Shown here: positions 11,158 to 19,785 of the stretch, piece after piece
How the letters are laid out: each line of letters begins with the position of its first letter
Position numbering within the stretch: position 1 is the stretch's first letter
Assembly: GCA_040290035.1 (NCBI GenBank)
Contig: PSMG01000005.1
Location: 17,727 to 81,726, forward strand
Length of the DNA stretch: 64,000 nucleotides
Reading direction: 5' to 3'
DNA from: Chitinophagaceae bacterium
GTDB lineage: Bacteria; Bacteroidota; Bacteroidia; Chitinophagales; Chitinophagaceae
Notes under the pieces: model-generated
What the model was told of the DNA's origin: nothing
Seen by the model: the letters and a program-made list of their open reading frames with translations, nothing else
Database searches by the model: none
Translations under genes and position numbers: made by a program

Positions 11158-11994
11158 TTATCCTAAAGCAACACGTTTAAATTCAGTTACTTGTAGGTCA
11201 CCACTTGATTTCAAATAATCACCAACAGACTTAGAGCTATCCTTTACAAATGCTTGTGCTGTTAATGTATTTTCTTTGAAGAAAGCGTTCAATTTGCCTT
11301 CAGCAATTTTAGCAATCATATCATCAGGCTTACCTGACATTTTAGGATCTGCTTTCATTTGCTCTACAACGATTGCTCTTTCACGCTCTACTGTTTCTGC
11401 AGGAACAGAAGCAGCGTCAACAGCCACAGGATTCATTGCAGCAATTTGCATCGCTACATCTTTACCAGCCTCGCCAGCTTCTTTATTGAACCCTACCAAT
11501 ACACCCATGCGGTAAGCGCCATGGATATAAGAAGCAACATAAGGAGCTTCTACTCTTTCGAAACGAGCAATACCGATCTTTTCACCGATAGACGCCAGTT
11601 TATCGTTGATCATATCTGATACTTTAGCTCCGTTCACCGTTACTTCATTTAATTCTTCAACGCTTTTTACATTGTTGGCTACAGCAGCATCGGCAATGCT
11701 TTGTGCAAAAGCAACGAAGTCAGCATTTTTAGAAACGAAGTCTGTTTCGCAAGAGATGGTAATAATAAAACCTGTTTTGTTATCAGGTGTTGTTTTAGCA
11801 ATCACTACACCTTCTTTTGCTTCACGGTCGCTACGCTTAGCGGCTACTTTCTGACCTTGCTTACGCAACCAGTCAATAGCGGCTTCGAAGTCGCCATTAG
11901 TTTCTGTCAAAGCTTTACGACAATCCATCATACCGGCACCAGTTGCCTGGCGCAGCTTATTTATATCTTGTGCTGTAATAGTTACAGTTGACAT
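11158..11994 (-). CDS. tsf: Elongation factor Ts
   Basis: LRQATGAGMMDCRKAL, CETDFVS, AMQIAAMNP. Confidence 0.99.
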   Translation of the reverse strand: MSTVTITAQDINKLRQATGAGMMDCRKALTETNGDFEAAIDWLRKQGQKVAAKRSDREAKEGVVIAKTTPDNKTGFIITISCETDFVSKNADFVAFAQSIADAAVANNVKSVEELNEVTVNGAKVSDMINDKLASIGEKIGIARFERVEAPYVASYIHGAYRMGVLVGFNKEAGEAGKDVAMQIAAMNPVAVDAASVPAETVERERAIVVEQMKADPKMSGKPDDMIAKIAEGKLNAFFKENTLTAQAFVKDSSKSVGDYLKSSGDLQVTEFKRVALG

Positions 11995-12002
11995 GTTTAA
12001 AA

Positions 12003-12033
12003 GTTTTAAATTCTACGTTTTAAATTCTACGTT
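12003..12033. repeat. 14-bp tandem repeat GTTTTAAATTCTAC x2 between rpsB and tsf
   Basis: Exact copies at 12003-12016 and 12017-12030. Confidence 0.7.
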
Positions 12034-12055
12034 AGTCTCCTGACTAACTGGCAAA

Positions 12056-13000
12056 TTATCTTGCGCCACCTGGACGACGAGCACCGCCACCGCCTGCACC
12101 ACCTGGTGTACGACGACGTTGACCACCGCCTGTACCACCGCCAGGGCCACGACCCGGACCACCAGGTCCGCGACCAGCGCCAACAGCTTGGCCAGCACCA
12201 CGGCCACGACCACCAGCTTCAGCTTGTGCTTCTGCTTCTAAGCGTGCTGCTCTTCTTTCGTTTTCCTGATCGTTTGCTGCATCATCTCCTTCATCATCTT
12301 TAGCAGCCTGACGCTCAGCTAAACCTTCCGCAATAGCTGCAGTGATGTAGTTAGTAATGATAGCGATTGATTTTGTAGCATCATCGTTACCCGGAATAGA
12401 GAAGTCAACTTTGTTAGGGTCGCAGTTGGTATCAACAATACCAAATGTAGAGATGCCTAAACGTTTTGCTTCGGCCAAAGCGATGTGCTCATGACCAATA
12501 TCGATAATGAACAAAGCAGCAGGTAAACGGCCCAATTGAGCAATACCACCTAATACTTTTTCCATCTTTTCTTTATCGCGGGTCAATGTTAAACGCTCTT
12601 TCTTTGTGATTGAATCCAAAGAGCCATCACCTAACATTTTTTCGATGCTTTGCATCTTCTTCACGCTCTTACGAACCGTATTGAAGTTAGTCAACATACC
12701 ACCTAACCAACGTTCTGTTACATAAGGCATGTTTACACGCTGAGCACATTCTGTAATGATGTCCTTTGCCTGCTTTTTAGTACCAACAAACAAGATCTTT
12801 TTACCGCTGCGTGCAATTTGTTTCAGTGCTGCTGCAGTTTCCAGCATGCCTTCCACTGTTTTATTAAGATCAATGATGTGAATACCTTTCTTCTCTGCGA
12901 AGATGTAAGGCAACATCTTTGGGTTCCACTTCTTTTTCAGGTGACCAAAGTGTACACCTGCTTCAAGGAGTTGCTGTTGCAATGAAGTGTTTTGTTCCAT
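12056..13000 (-). CDS. rpsB: 30S ribosomal protein S2 with Gly/Arg-rich C-terminal tail
   Basis: LEAGVHFGH, WNPKM, RWLGGMLTNF, DTNCDP, PGNDD. Confidence 0.99.
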   Translation of the reverse strand: MEQNTSLQQQLLEAGVHFGHLKKKWNPKMLPYIFAEKKGIHIIDLNKTVEGMLETAAALKQIARSGKKILFVGTKKQAKDIITECAQRVNMPYVTERWLGGMLTNFNTVRKSVKKMQSIEKMLGDGSLDSITKKERLTLTRDKEKMEKVLGGIAQLGRLPAALFIIDIGHEHIALAEAKRLGISTFGIVDTNCDPNKVDFSIPGNDDATKSIAIITNYITAAIAEGLAERQAAKDDEGDDAANDQENERRAARLEAEAQAEAGGRGRGAGQAVGAGRGPGGPGRGPGGGTGGGQRRRTPGGAGGGGARRPGGAR

Positions 13001-13030
13001 TTTATTTGAATAAAGATTTGAATAAATAAA

Positions 13031-13420
13031 TTAACGTTTAGAGAACTGGAAGCTTCTACGTGCTTTCTTCTTACCGAACTTCTTACGCTCTACAGAACGA
13101 GGGTCACGCTTCAGTAAGCCGGCAGCTTTTAAAGCAGGACGGAAATCCGGATTGATTTCTACCAATACACGGGCAATACCCAGCATAGCAGCTTCTGCTT
13201 GTCCTTTTACGCCACCACCAGTAGCATTGATCTTAACATCATACTTGTCGGCAACTTCAACAGTCTTTAATGGTTTTTCCACCTGGTTTTGCAAATACAC
13301 CAATGGGAAGTAGGTTTTGTAGTCTTTATCGTTTACAGTGATGGTGCCAGAGCCTTTAGAAACGAATACACGTGTAACGGCTTTTTTACGGCGACCCACA
13401 CTATTTTTTTGCTTTTCCAT
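13031..13420 (-). CDS. rpsI: 30S ribosomal protein S9
   Basis: GRRKKAV, GGGVKGQAEA, RDPRSVERKK...QFSKR. Confidence 0.99.
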   Translation of the reverse strand: MEKQKNSVGRRKKAVTRVFVSKGSGTITVNDKDYKTYFPLVYLQNQVEKPLKTVEVADKYDVKINATGGGVKGQAEAAMLGIARVLVEINPDFRPALKAAGLLKRDPRSVERKKFGKKKARRSFQFSKR

Positions 13421-13450
13421 TTATACTTTGTGTTTGGAAGATTTTAGTAA

Positions 13451-13894
13451 TTAGAATTTCAACTCTTTAGGTTGTTGTGCGGTGTGCGGATGCTGATCGC
13501 CGGCGTATACGAATAACTTCTTGTACATTTTGCGACCTAAGCGGTTTTTAGGCAACATGCCTTTTACACCTCTTTCGATGATCACTTCCGGACGACGCTT
13601 CAATAGATCTTTAGCGACCTCTTCTTTACGTCCGCCTGGGTAGCCAGTGAAGTGGTCGTACACTTTTTCTTCTAATTTGTTACCTGTGAATTTGATCTTG
13701 TCCGCGTTGATAACAATTACGAAATCGCCACAGTCTACGTGAGGGGTATAGTATGCTTTGTTCTTGCCGCGCAATACTGCAGCAATACGAGCACACATAC
13801 GTCCTACGGTTTGATTGGTACCGTCCACAACGTACCAGTTACGCTGTACGGTAGCCGTGTTTGCATGTTTTGTTGTAAAATGTAGTTTACTCAT
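13451..13894 (-). CDS. rplM: 50S ribosomal protein L13
   Basis: WYVVDG, YTPHVDCGD, GMLPKNRLGR; promoter box TACTTTTG on the minus strand at ~13944-13951. Confidence 0.99.
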   Translation of the reverse strand: MSKLHFTTKHANTATVQRNWYVVDGTNQTVGRMCARIAAVLRGKNKAYYTPHVDCGDFVIVINADKIKFTGNKLEEKVYDHFTGYPGGRKEEVAKDLLKRRPEVIIERGVKGMLPKNRLGRKMYKKLFVYAGDQHPHTAQQPKELKF

Positions 13895-14196
13895 TATTCT
13901 GATATTTATGCAGAGCCATCCCTCTGCGTTTTAAAATGGAGTGCCAAAAGTAGGTTTCCTGTGTGTGGCAGCCAAAGAAAAAGGGGTGTATTTTTAAACG
14001 CACCTTTGTAACTAATTGAAAAACAATAAAAATTTTGCCGCCTTTTTGAAGTCGTTAACAAAAAGGCGGCGTAATTGGCGTATGACAGTTGATAGATAAC
14101 AGGGGTAATAAGCTATAGCGCAAAATGGTGTCTACCTGCTGTATAACTGGTTTTTAAGTGGTTTAAAGATGGTCTATCCCTGTTGTGAACCTGCTC

Positions 14197-15844
14197 CTGA
14201 CTTCCTCACTGGGACACCCAAGACAAATCAAACAGTTTTAGTAAATCATATTGTTCCTGATTTTTGATTATTAGCCTTGTGTGTTTAGTATGAGAGTAAG
14301 GAGTGGTTATTGTCAGTGCGTAAATTGTTTTTAGGATGTCAATTGCTTTTTCCGGGCTTAGGTTTGCTTTTTTCCTTTTGAGTTGTCGTTCCAGTTCTTT
14401 ATAGACTTTACAAGCAGCAAAAGCAATACAGATGTGAGCCTCTATCCTGCGCTTTAGATAATGAAAAATGGGCCTGATGCGTAAATCTGATTTTGATATT
14501 CTAAACGTTTTTTCGATAAACCATAATTGCTTATAGCTTTCTATCACTTCTTCTTTGGTAAGTTGGGTGTTGGTGAGATAGCCTTTTAATCCATCCCACT
14601 TTTCATCTTCTTTAAATTTATTGTAATCAATGCTAATGTTTATTTCCCCTTCCAGCTTAAGATATTTATTATAGCCCTTATTGTTAATGTGCTTTTTAGA
14701 AAGCTTTCCACCAGCCAATGCCTTTTCTAATTTTTGCAATCCCCGTTTGCGGTTGAACGCATCATTTTTCGCTCGCCCTGCAGAATAGCTGACAATAAGT
14801 TTTTGGCCGTTGCCTTTGTCAATAGTACTGCTGCCGCCATCGTCAAGTTTTAAAGATAGCAGGTGTTGCTGGGCTTGAAGTGTTTCATTCTTAATTCTTG
14901 CCCCTAAAATAAATTCATGCTTTTTTTCGCAAAGTCCTTGTATGTTTTTAGCAGATAGCAGGCCTGCATCTGCCACTACTATTAATTTTTCCAGCTTGTA
15001 TTTTTTCTTTGAAAGTTTCTATAACCAGTATCATCGTATGACCTTCAAATTTGCTGCCTTCAAAGAGTTCATAAGCTAACGGATAACCTTCCGTACTTAC
15101 CAGGAGGCCTAAAACAATCTGCGGTTGTTGATGTTTTCCGTCTTTTGAAAACCCTGTCTGTCGAAAATCATCTTCATCTGCTGCTTCAAAATACAAAGTG
15201 GTTACATCATAAAATACAATGGAAATATCATTATCCAATATTTTTAAAGTATGCTGGTAACTTATCTGCTGAACCAATTGCATCTGCTGGGTTTGCAGCT
15301 TATCTAAGTAGCGATATATTTTTTCTACATCTATGATGAGGCCCTTGTATTTAAAAATATAATCGACCGTTTTGAGCTTGCTTACCGGATATACCAATCT
15401 GGCAATGACGAGTTGTCGAAATAGCTCATCCGGTATTTTGTCAAAACCAATTTCGTCAAATATCTTACCCAGTAAGAGTTCCAAACCAGTTAATTTAAAA
15501 TCTTCAACGCTATTGAAAAAAATATCTACTAATTCTTTTTCCTTATCATCATCAAAAGGTAATTTCTGCTGACCGGTGACATTTTCAATTTCCTTTTTAC
15601 CTTCTTTATAAAGCCGCTCAATCTCTGCCGGCTCTTTAGAACTTCCTATCGTACGATACAGTTCATAGCTTCCAGAACTTTTATCAATAATCTGGATGCT
15701 GACAACTCCGCTTTTATTTTTTTTTCTTCCTAACGAACATACCGCTAAAATACAGCGGGGACAACAAGAGCGAAAATACTTTTATAGTATTGTCAACGGT
15801 TTTAGAAGACTTTTCCATGTTTTTTATTGCAGTGAGGAAGTCAG
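14197..15844 (-). mobile_element. IS1634-family insertion sequence
   Basis: Perfect 15-bp terminal inverted repeats CTGACTTCCTCACTG (14197-14211) and CAGTGAGGAAGTCAG (15830-15844) enclose a DDE transposase. No target-site duplication is visible. Confidence 0.88.
14206..15740 (-). pseudogene. IS1634 transposase, split by two +1 homopolymer frameshifts
   Basis: MFVRKKK.. starts at 15740; A9 tract (15717-15725) and A6 tract (15001-15006) each carry one extra A. Motifs FYDVTTLYFE, GFSKDGK, VADAGLLS, IEKTFRISKSDLRIRPIFH. Confidence 0.85.
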
Positions 15845-16180
15845 AAAAAATTATTCAAAGAGAAAAAAGTGCTCAATTTATTCGAGCCGGTGAACAATGG
15901 TATGGCTTACTTGATAATATGATTTTTCTATATATCAGCAGTAAAAGAATAAATAAAGCGGATTTTCATTTTCTGTAATTGATCGCGGTACTATACAGCA
16001 AAGGTTCAACATCACCATTAAGCATAAACGAAAATATTTACAAGCTAAGGTATAAACAGAAATTTGATTTATTTGTTGGTTTGCCGGCGCAACTGAAATT
16101 TTCAATCTTGAAAATATTATCTTGGAATCTACTTTTTACGATCTGCCACATTTAATCTCTTTTAACCTGTTCTATCTACT

Positions 16181-16210
16181 AAAAAAAGTCCCTGTGTTCC
16201 GGGACCTTTT
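16181..16210 (-). terminator. Intrinsic terminator after nirK
   Basis: Minus strand GTCCC-ggaacaca-GGGAC followed by T7. Confidence 0.65.
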
Positions 16211-16232
16211 ATAAATTTTTTATAGCTGCAAT

Positions 16233-17378
16233 CTATTTTATCGCTGTTGGTTTTTCTATCTGCTTCATATAAGTGCTATCCCACTTTCCTTCCACTTTTA
16301 CCTGGGCCATCGCTCCATAATCAAATGCTTCTATCAGGTTGTGGTCTAAGAAGGCATAAGTGCCAGGCTCCCTGAATTTATACAAAGCTGCTGCTGCGGA
16401 ACCACCGGGAACTTCCCATGTTTCATAATCTGTAAATGGCTTGTTATTAAATTTACCGCCTGGCCAATACAGGTCAGCTTGTCCTCCTATCAAGTGTATC
16501 CTTGTATCACGGTTGGCCTCTCCTGTAATAAATAAAACTTTATCGCCCACTTTAGCAGTCATCGCATTATTGCCTGTCAATGCGCCTACATGCCCATTAA
16601 AAGGAAGAAGAGTTGGCTGTAGAGATTTCATTGCTTCTCCTACTGCGTTGATACTTTCCTGTGGAGTAGCGATATTCAGGACTTTACCATCTTTATCTTT
16701 GGGCAGATAGTAATCTTGCTGCATGATATAATAGGCCTTGTCAAAAGTAACAGAATTGCCATTTTCATCTTTCAAGCCTTCGCGTGGCAAAACCATAATA
16801 GCACCATTCATTCCTGATGTAACATGAATGGGAACCATTACTCCGCCCGGTGCGCAATGGTAAATAAACACTCCTGTTCTGGTAGCTTTAAATCTTAGTT
16901 TTACTTCTTGTCCTGGGTTTACAAGAGTAAGATCTCCACCGCCCATTGCGCCGGTTGATGCATGGAAATCTATATTGTGTGTTTGAGTATTAGTGGCTGG
17001 ATTTTTTAAAGTCAGTTCAATAAAATCATCCTGGTGCACCACTATCATTGGCCCAGGCACTGTGCCGTTAAAAGTAAACGCCCACATAGAATCACCGGGA
17101 GCTATTTCAATTTTCTTTTCTTCAACGGTAAAAGTAACCTGAACTACTTTCGGGCCGTCTTTATCTACCTGGTCAAACTTTGGTAGCATCGGCGGCGCCA
17201 CCATTTCCTGCGTCACTTTAGGTAAATTATCTCCATCTCCGTCATTTTTTTGATCGAGAACTGATGTGCTGCTGTAATTTTTACATGCAGATAATAATAT
17301 TACAAATGAAAATAACAGCATAGATAAAATTCTATAACTGGCTTTTTTTGGATTTGAAGGAAACATTAAATTTTCCAT
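16233..17378 (-). CDS. nirK: Copper-containing nitrite reductase (lipoprotein)
   Basis: Lipobox LSAC; HNIDFH, YHCAP..HVTSGM, RIHLIGG and DHNLIEA supply the type-1 and type-2 Cu ligands and the catalytic Asp/His. Confidence 0.95.
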   Translation of the reverse strand: MENLMFPSNPKKASYRILSMLLFSFVILLSACKNYSSTSVLDQKNDGDGDNLPKVTQEMVAPPMLPKFDQVDKDGPKVVQVTFTVEEKKIEIAPGDSMWAFTFNGTVPGPMIVVHQDDFIELTLKNPATNTQTHNIDFHASTGAMGGGDLTLVNPGQEVKLRFKATRTGVFIYHCAPGGVMVPIHVTSGMNGAIMVLPREGLKDENGNSVTFDKAYYIMQQDYYLPKDKDGKVLNIATPQESINAVGEAMKSLQPTLLPFNGHVGALTGNNAMTAKVGDKVLFITGEANRDTRIHLIGGQADLYWPGGKFNNKPFTDYETWEVPGGSAAAALYKFREPGTYAFLDHNLIEAFDYGAMAQVKVEGKWDSTYMKQIEKPTAIK

Positions 17379-17502
17379 TGAATTATACTTTTTTATTTTT
17401 TAATTGAAAATTAATGTTACGGTTATGACATGTTATTTCTAAAAGAGCGTTGCAAATTTCAATGTTACTCGCGTCTTAAAATATAATTACCCACATTAAT
17501 AA

Positions 17503-17520
17503 ATATGACTTGGATCATAT
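17503..17520. promoter_or_regulatory. CRP/FNR-family-type palindrome upstream of nirK
   Basis: ATATGA-cttgga-TCATAT, a perfect 6-N6-6 inverted repeat with a TGA-N6-TCA core, ~125 bp upstream of the nirK start. Confidence 0.55.
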
Positions 17521-17691
17521 TCTCAAATCCCGGATATTTTTATGAGTTTATAAATTTTAAAAAAACGGATTAATATTTTTTTGCACAAACAATAAATAGA
17601 AATTATGATTATTACCTGCTTTTGCCGGTAGGTAGGTTCTTTTGAAGCGCTTACGCTAACCTTTATTCAAAAATATGATGAGAACTTTTTA

Positions 17692-18044
17692 GTGATGCGC
17701 CCCATTACGTATATCAAAAACTACATGGGTTATTCCAGCTGGACTACACGATACACCACTCCTCCCTATCCTGAATATCCAGCGGGTCATTCTACCAATG
17801 GCGGTATGTTATCGGTAATGCTTGCTGATGAATTTGGCCCTAATTTTTCGTTTTATGTGAACCATTATACTTACTTAAATCAGCCGGCACGTCATTATAA
17901 TTCGTTTGAAGACCTGGCACAGGAAATGGCTATTGCCAGGGTGTATACAGGTATTCATTATAACTAGCGGTATATGCAGGATTGGCTTTAGGAAAGAAAG
18001 TAGCACAGAATATTTTAACCAATGTTCATTTTCTGAAAGAGTAA
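17692..18044 (+). pseudogene. C-terminal remnant of a vanadium haloperoxidase/PAP2-family gene
   Basis: RPITYI, TPPYPEYPAGHS, ARVYTGIHY; frameshift at ~17962 continues ..GLALGKKVAQNIL..KE*. The N-terminal part is absent. Confidence 0.75.
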
Positions 18045-18260
18045 ACTAAAGAACAATTTAAGTGCTTCACACTCTTAAGCATAGAAGCCAGACCAGACGC
18101 CCGGGTGAATTTCCATTGGGGCTTTTTGTTGGAATTCTCTTTACTATTCTTGCCTCAAGTGGTGTCATTAACAGAGAAGAACTCACGCAGGAATGCTTCT
18201 CAGATTAATTTATACAGTGATGTAATTTTCAACGAACCGGATCGATATGGCTTTCCCGAA

Positions 18261-18516
18261 TTAGTCTTTTATAATGGTTTTTTTCTACAACCGTGTTAGA
18301 ACCTCTACCACCTCTGCCACTTAGCAATGCAATTAGAACAATTAAAAACACCACACCAATCAAAATCCACAACCAAGGGATGTTGGTGGCACCGCTGCTA
18401 CTTGTTTTAGTAACACTTACCGAAGAACTTCCGTTACTACCACTGCTGCCATTGTCTTGTGCAAAAGCTACTACGCTTAAAAAAGCTGCTATTACTGAAA
18501 AATAAATCCGTTTCAT
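18261..18516 (-). CDS. Small exported protein: signal peptide, Ser-rich linker, C-terminal TM, basic tail (probable 1-nt frameshift near the end)
   Basis: MKRIYF...AFAQ / DNGSSGSNGSSS.. / IPWLWILIGVVFLIVLIALL / SGRGGRG. Removing one A from the A7 tract (18278-18284) gives ..VVEKTIIKD* ending at 18261. Confidence 0.65.
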
Positions 18517-18570
18517 AAAAATGGTTTACCAGCAGAGGTAACAATATTGTGTCACGCCTGCGGTGGTTCA

Positions 18571-18730
18571 AAAGAAAAACCCTCCACATAAGAGGGGTGC
18601 TTCAATGGTGTTCGTTCAGCGGTGTTAGGAGTTTGTTTTCTTAGGCTAAAGATTGGTTTTCATTTTCATAAGCATAAATAGGTTTTTATAAGGTTTGGTT
18701 CAACCGCTGAAAGGAGAATACCGTGCCAAA
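18571..18730 (-). ncRNA. Candidate sigma54-like short transcript A
   Basis: TTTGGCACGGTATT at 18730-18717, A/C-rich body with MLMKMKTNL* (18675-18646), ACGAACACCA (18615-18606), hairpin CCCTC/GAGGG plus U-tract (18596-18571). Confidence 0.5.
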
Positions 18731-18910
18731 CTGAAGAGTTTGCACAGATTATTTTAAGGTAGGACTGATTATTGCTCTTGCAAGTACCTGGAATTATATG
18801 AGGCTGATGTTGCCTTACTGCGGCATCATATTGATCAAATACACAAGAAAGATTATGAGCATTAAACCGAGAATGGTTATAATAAGTTTTACAGGGCGGC
18901 TTATAAAAAA

Positions 18911-19234
18911 TTAGGGTTTGTATTTAGCTAATTCTTCGGCTTTCATTTGTACTTCTTCCAACCGGGTATAATTTACTGAGTAATAAATTTTCTTTCCTTC
19001 TCTTTTGGTAACAACAAAACCTGCTGCCCGAAGGATGGCTAATTGTTGCGAGGTAACGGATTGCTCCAAACGAAGTTTGATATAGATTTCTGTAACCGTC
19101 AGGCGTTCAAATTGATGCATCAACGAAAGCATTTGCTGGCGCAGTTTGTGATTGATGGCCCTTAAAATAATAGCTGCTTTTTTCAGCTGAATAATTTGAA
19201 GGTCCAAGCCATTTTCCTGAAGCGTTACAGACAT
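18911..19234 (-). CDS. ArsR/SmtB family transcriptional regulator
   Basis: LRAINHKLRQQML, LEQSVTSQQLAILR, KREGKKIYYS winged HTH. Confidence 0.9.
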   Translation of the reverse strand: MSVTLQENGLDLQIIQLKKAAIILRAINHKLRQQMLSLMHQFERLTVTEIYIKLRLEQSVTSQQLAILRAAGFVVTKREGKKIYYSVNYTRLEEVQMKAEELAKYKP

Positions 19235-19493
19235 GTTAGTTTAGGTTTAATTGGTTAAGATAACTGCTGTTCGCAAAATCGTTTGTGTAAAAACGTTAAG
19301 CAGGAAGTAAGTGCCGATAAAGTACAGTTGTTTGTCGATAAGGTTGTTTATGTAACCAAATATTCGGTTTTATTTTAATTAGAAGCATACTGTTTACTTA
19401 TCGTAGTTCTACGAGGCCGTAAGTAATTTCCATAAAAGAAAATAGGGCATTTATGCTATTGTTTTGGCCTTGTGGCGGCTGTATGTTTGTACC

Positions 19494-19746
19494 AGAAGTT
19501 GATTGATGAATCATCAATTTAAAACAAATCCAAATCCTAACAGAAAGACAAAACAATATCCAGAATACCAAGTCGATCAACTTCTTGTTGTATCCTTTGA
19601 AAGTCCGTTTTTGATCCATGTGTCCTAAAGAAAACTACCAACCCTATGAAAAGCTGAAAAGGCGTCCTATCTCCGACTGAGAACTAATTAGGATTATTAA
19701 AACGCCTTGAAATAAAAAACCCTCTTCTTTGGAAGAGGGTTTTTTG
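19494..19746 (+). ncRNA. Candidate ~250-nt structured sRNA
   Basis: Promoter box TATGTTTG at 19482-19489 with TTG 20 bp upstream; perfect 10-bp pairing 19494-19503/19576-19585; a 3' stem; terminator at 19715-19746. Confidence 0.55.
19715..19746. terminator. Bidirectional intrinsic terminator
   Basis: AAAAAACCCTCTTC-ttt-GGAAGAGGGTTTTTT. Confidence 0.85.
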
Positions 19747-19785
19747 ATTCGTATAAATTGTGTAACACACGGCTTAATAACTGGA

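Noticed and set aside
12013-12303. Val-rich and His-rich ORFs overlapping rpsB
   Set aside because: These are alternative-frame and antisense readings of the Gly-rich S2 tail.
14197-17378. nirK as cargo of a composite transposon
   Set aside because: Only one IS copy is present; no second TIR was found beyond nirK.
19398-19619. 73-aa minus-strand ORF MDQKRTFKGY..
   Set aside because: It lies antisense to a promoter/terminator-bounded structured unit and has no recognisable protein features; probably a shadow ORF.
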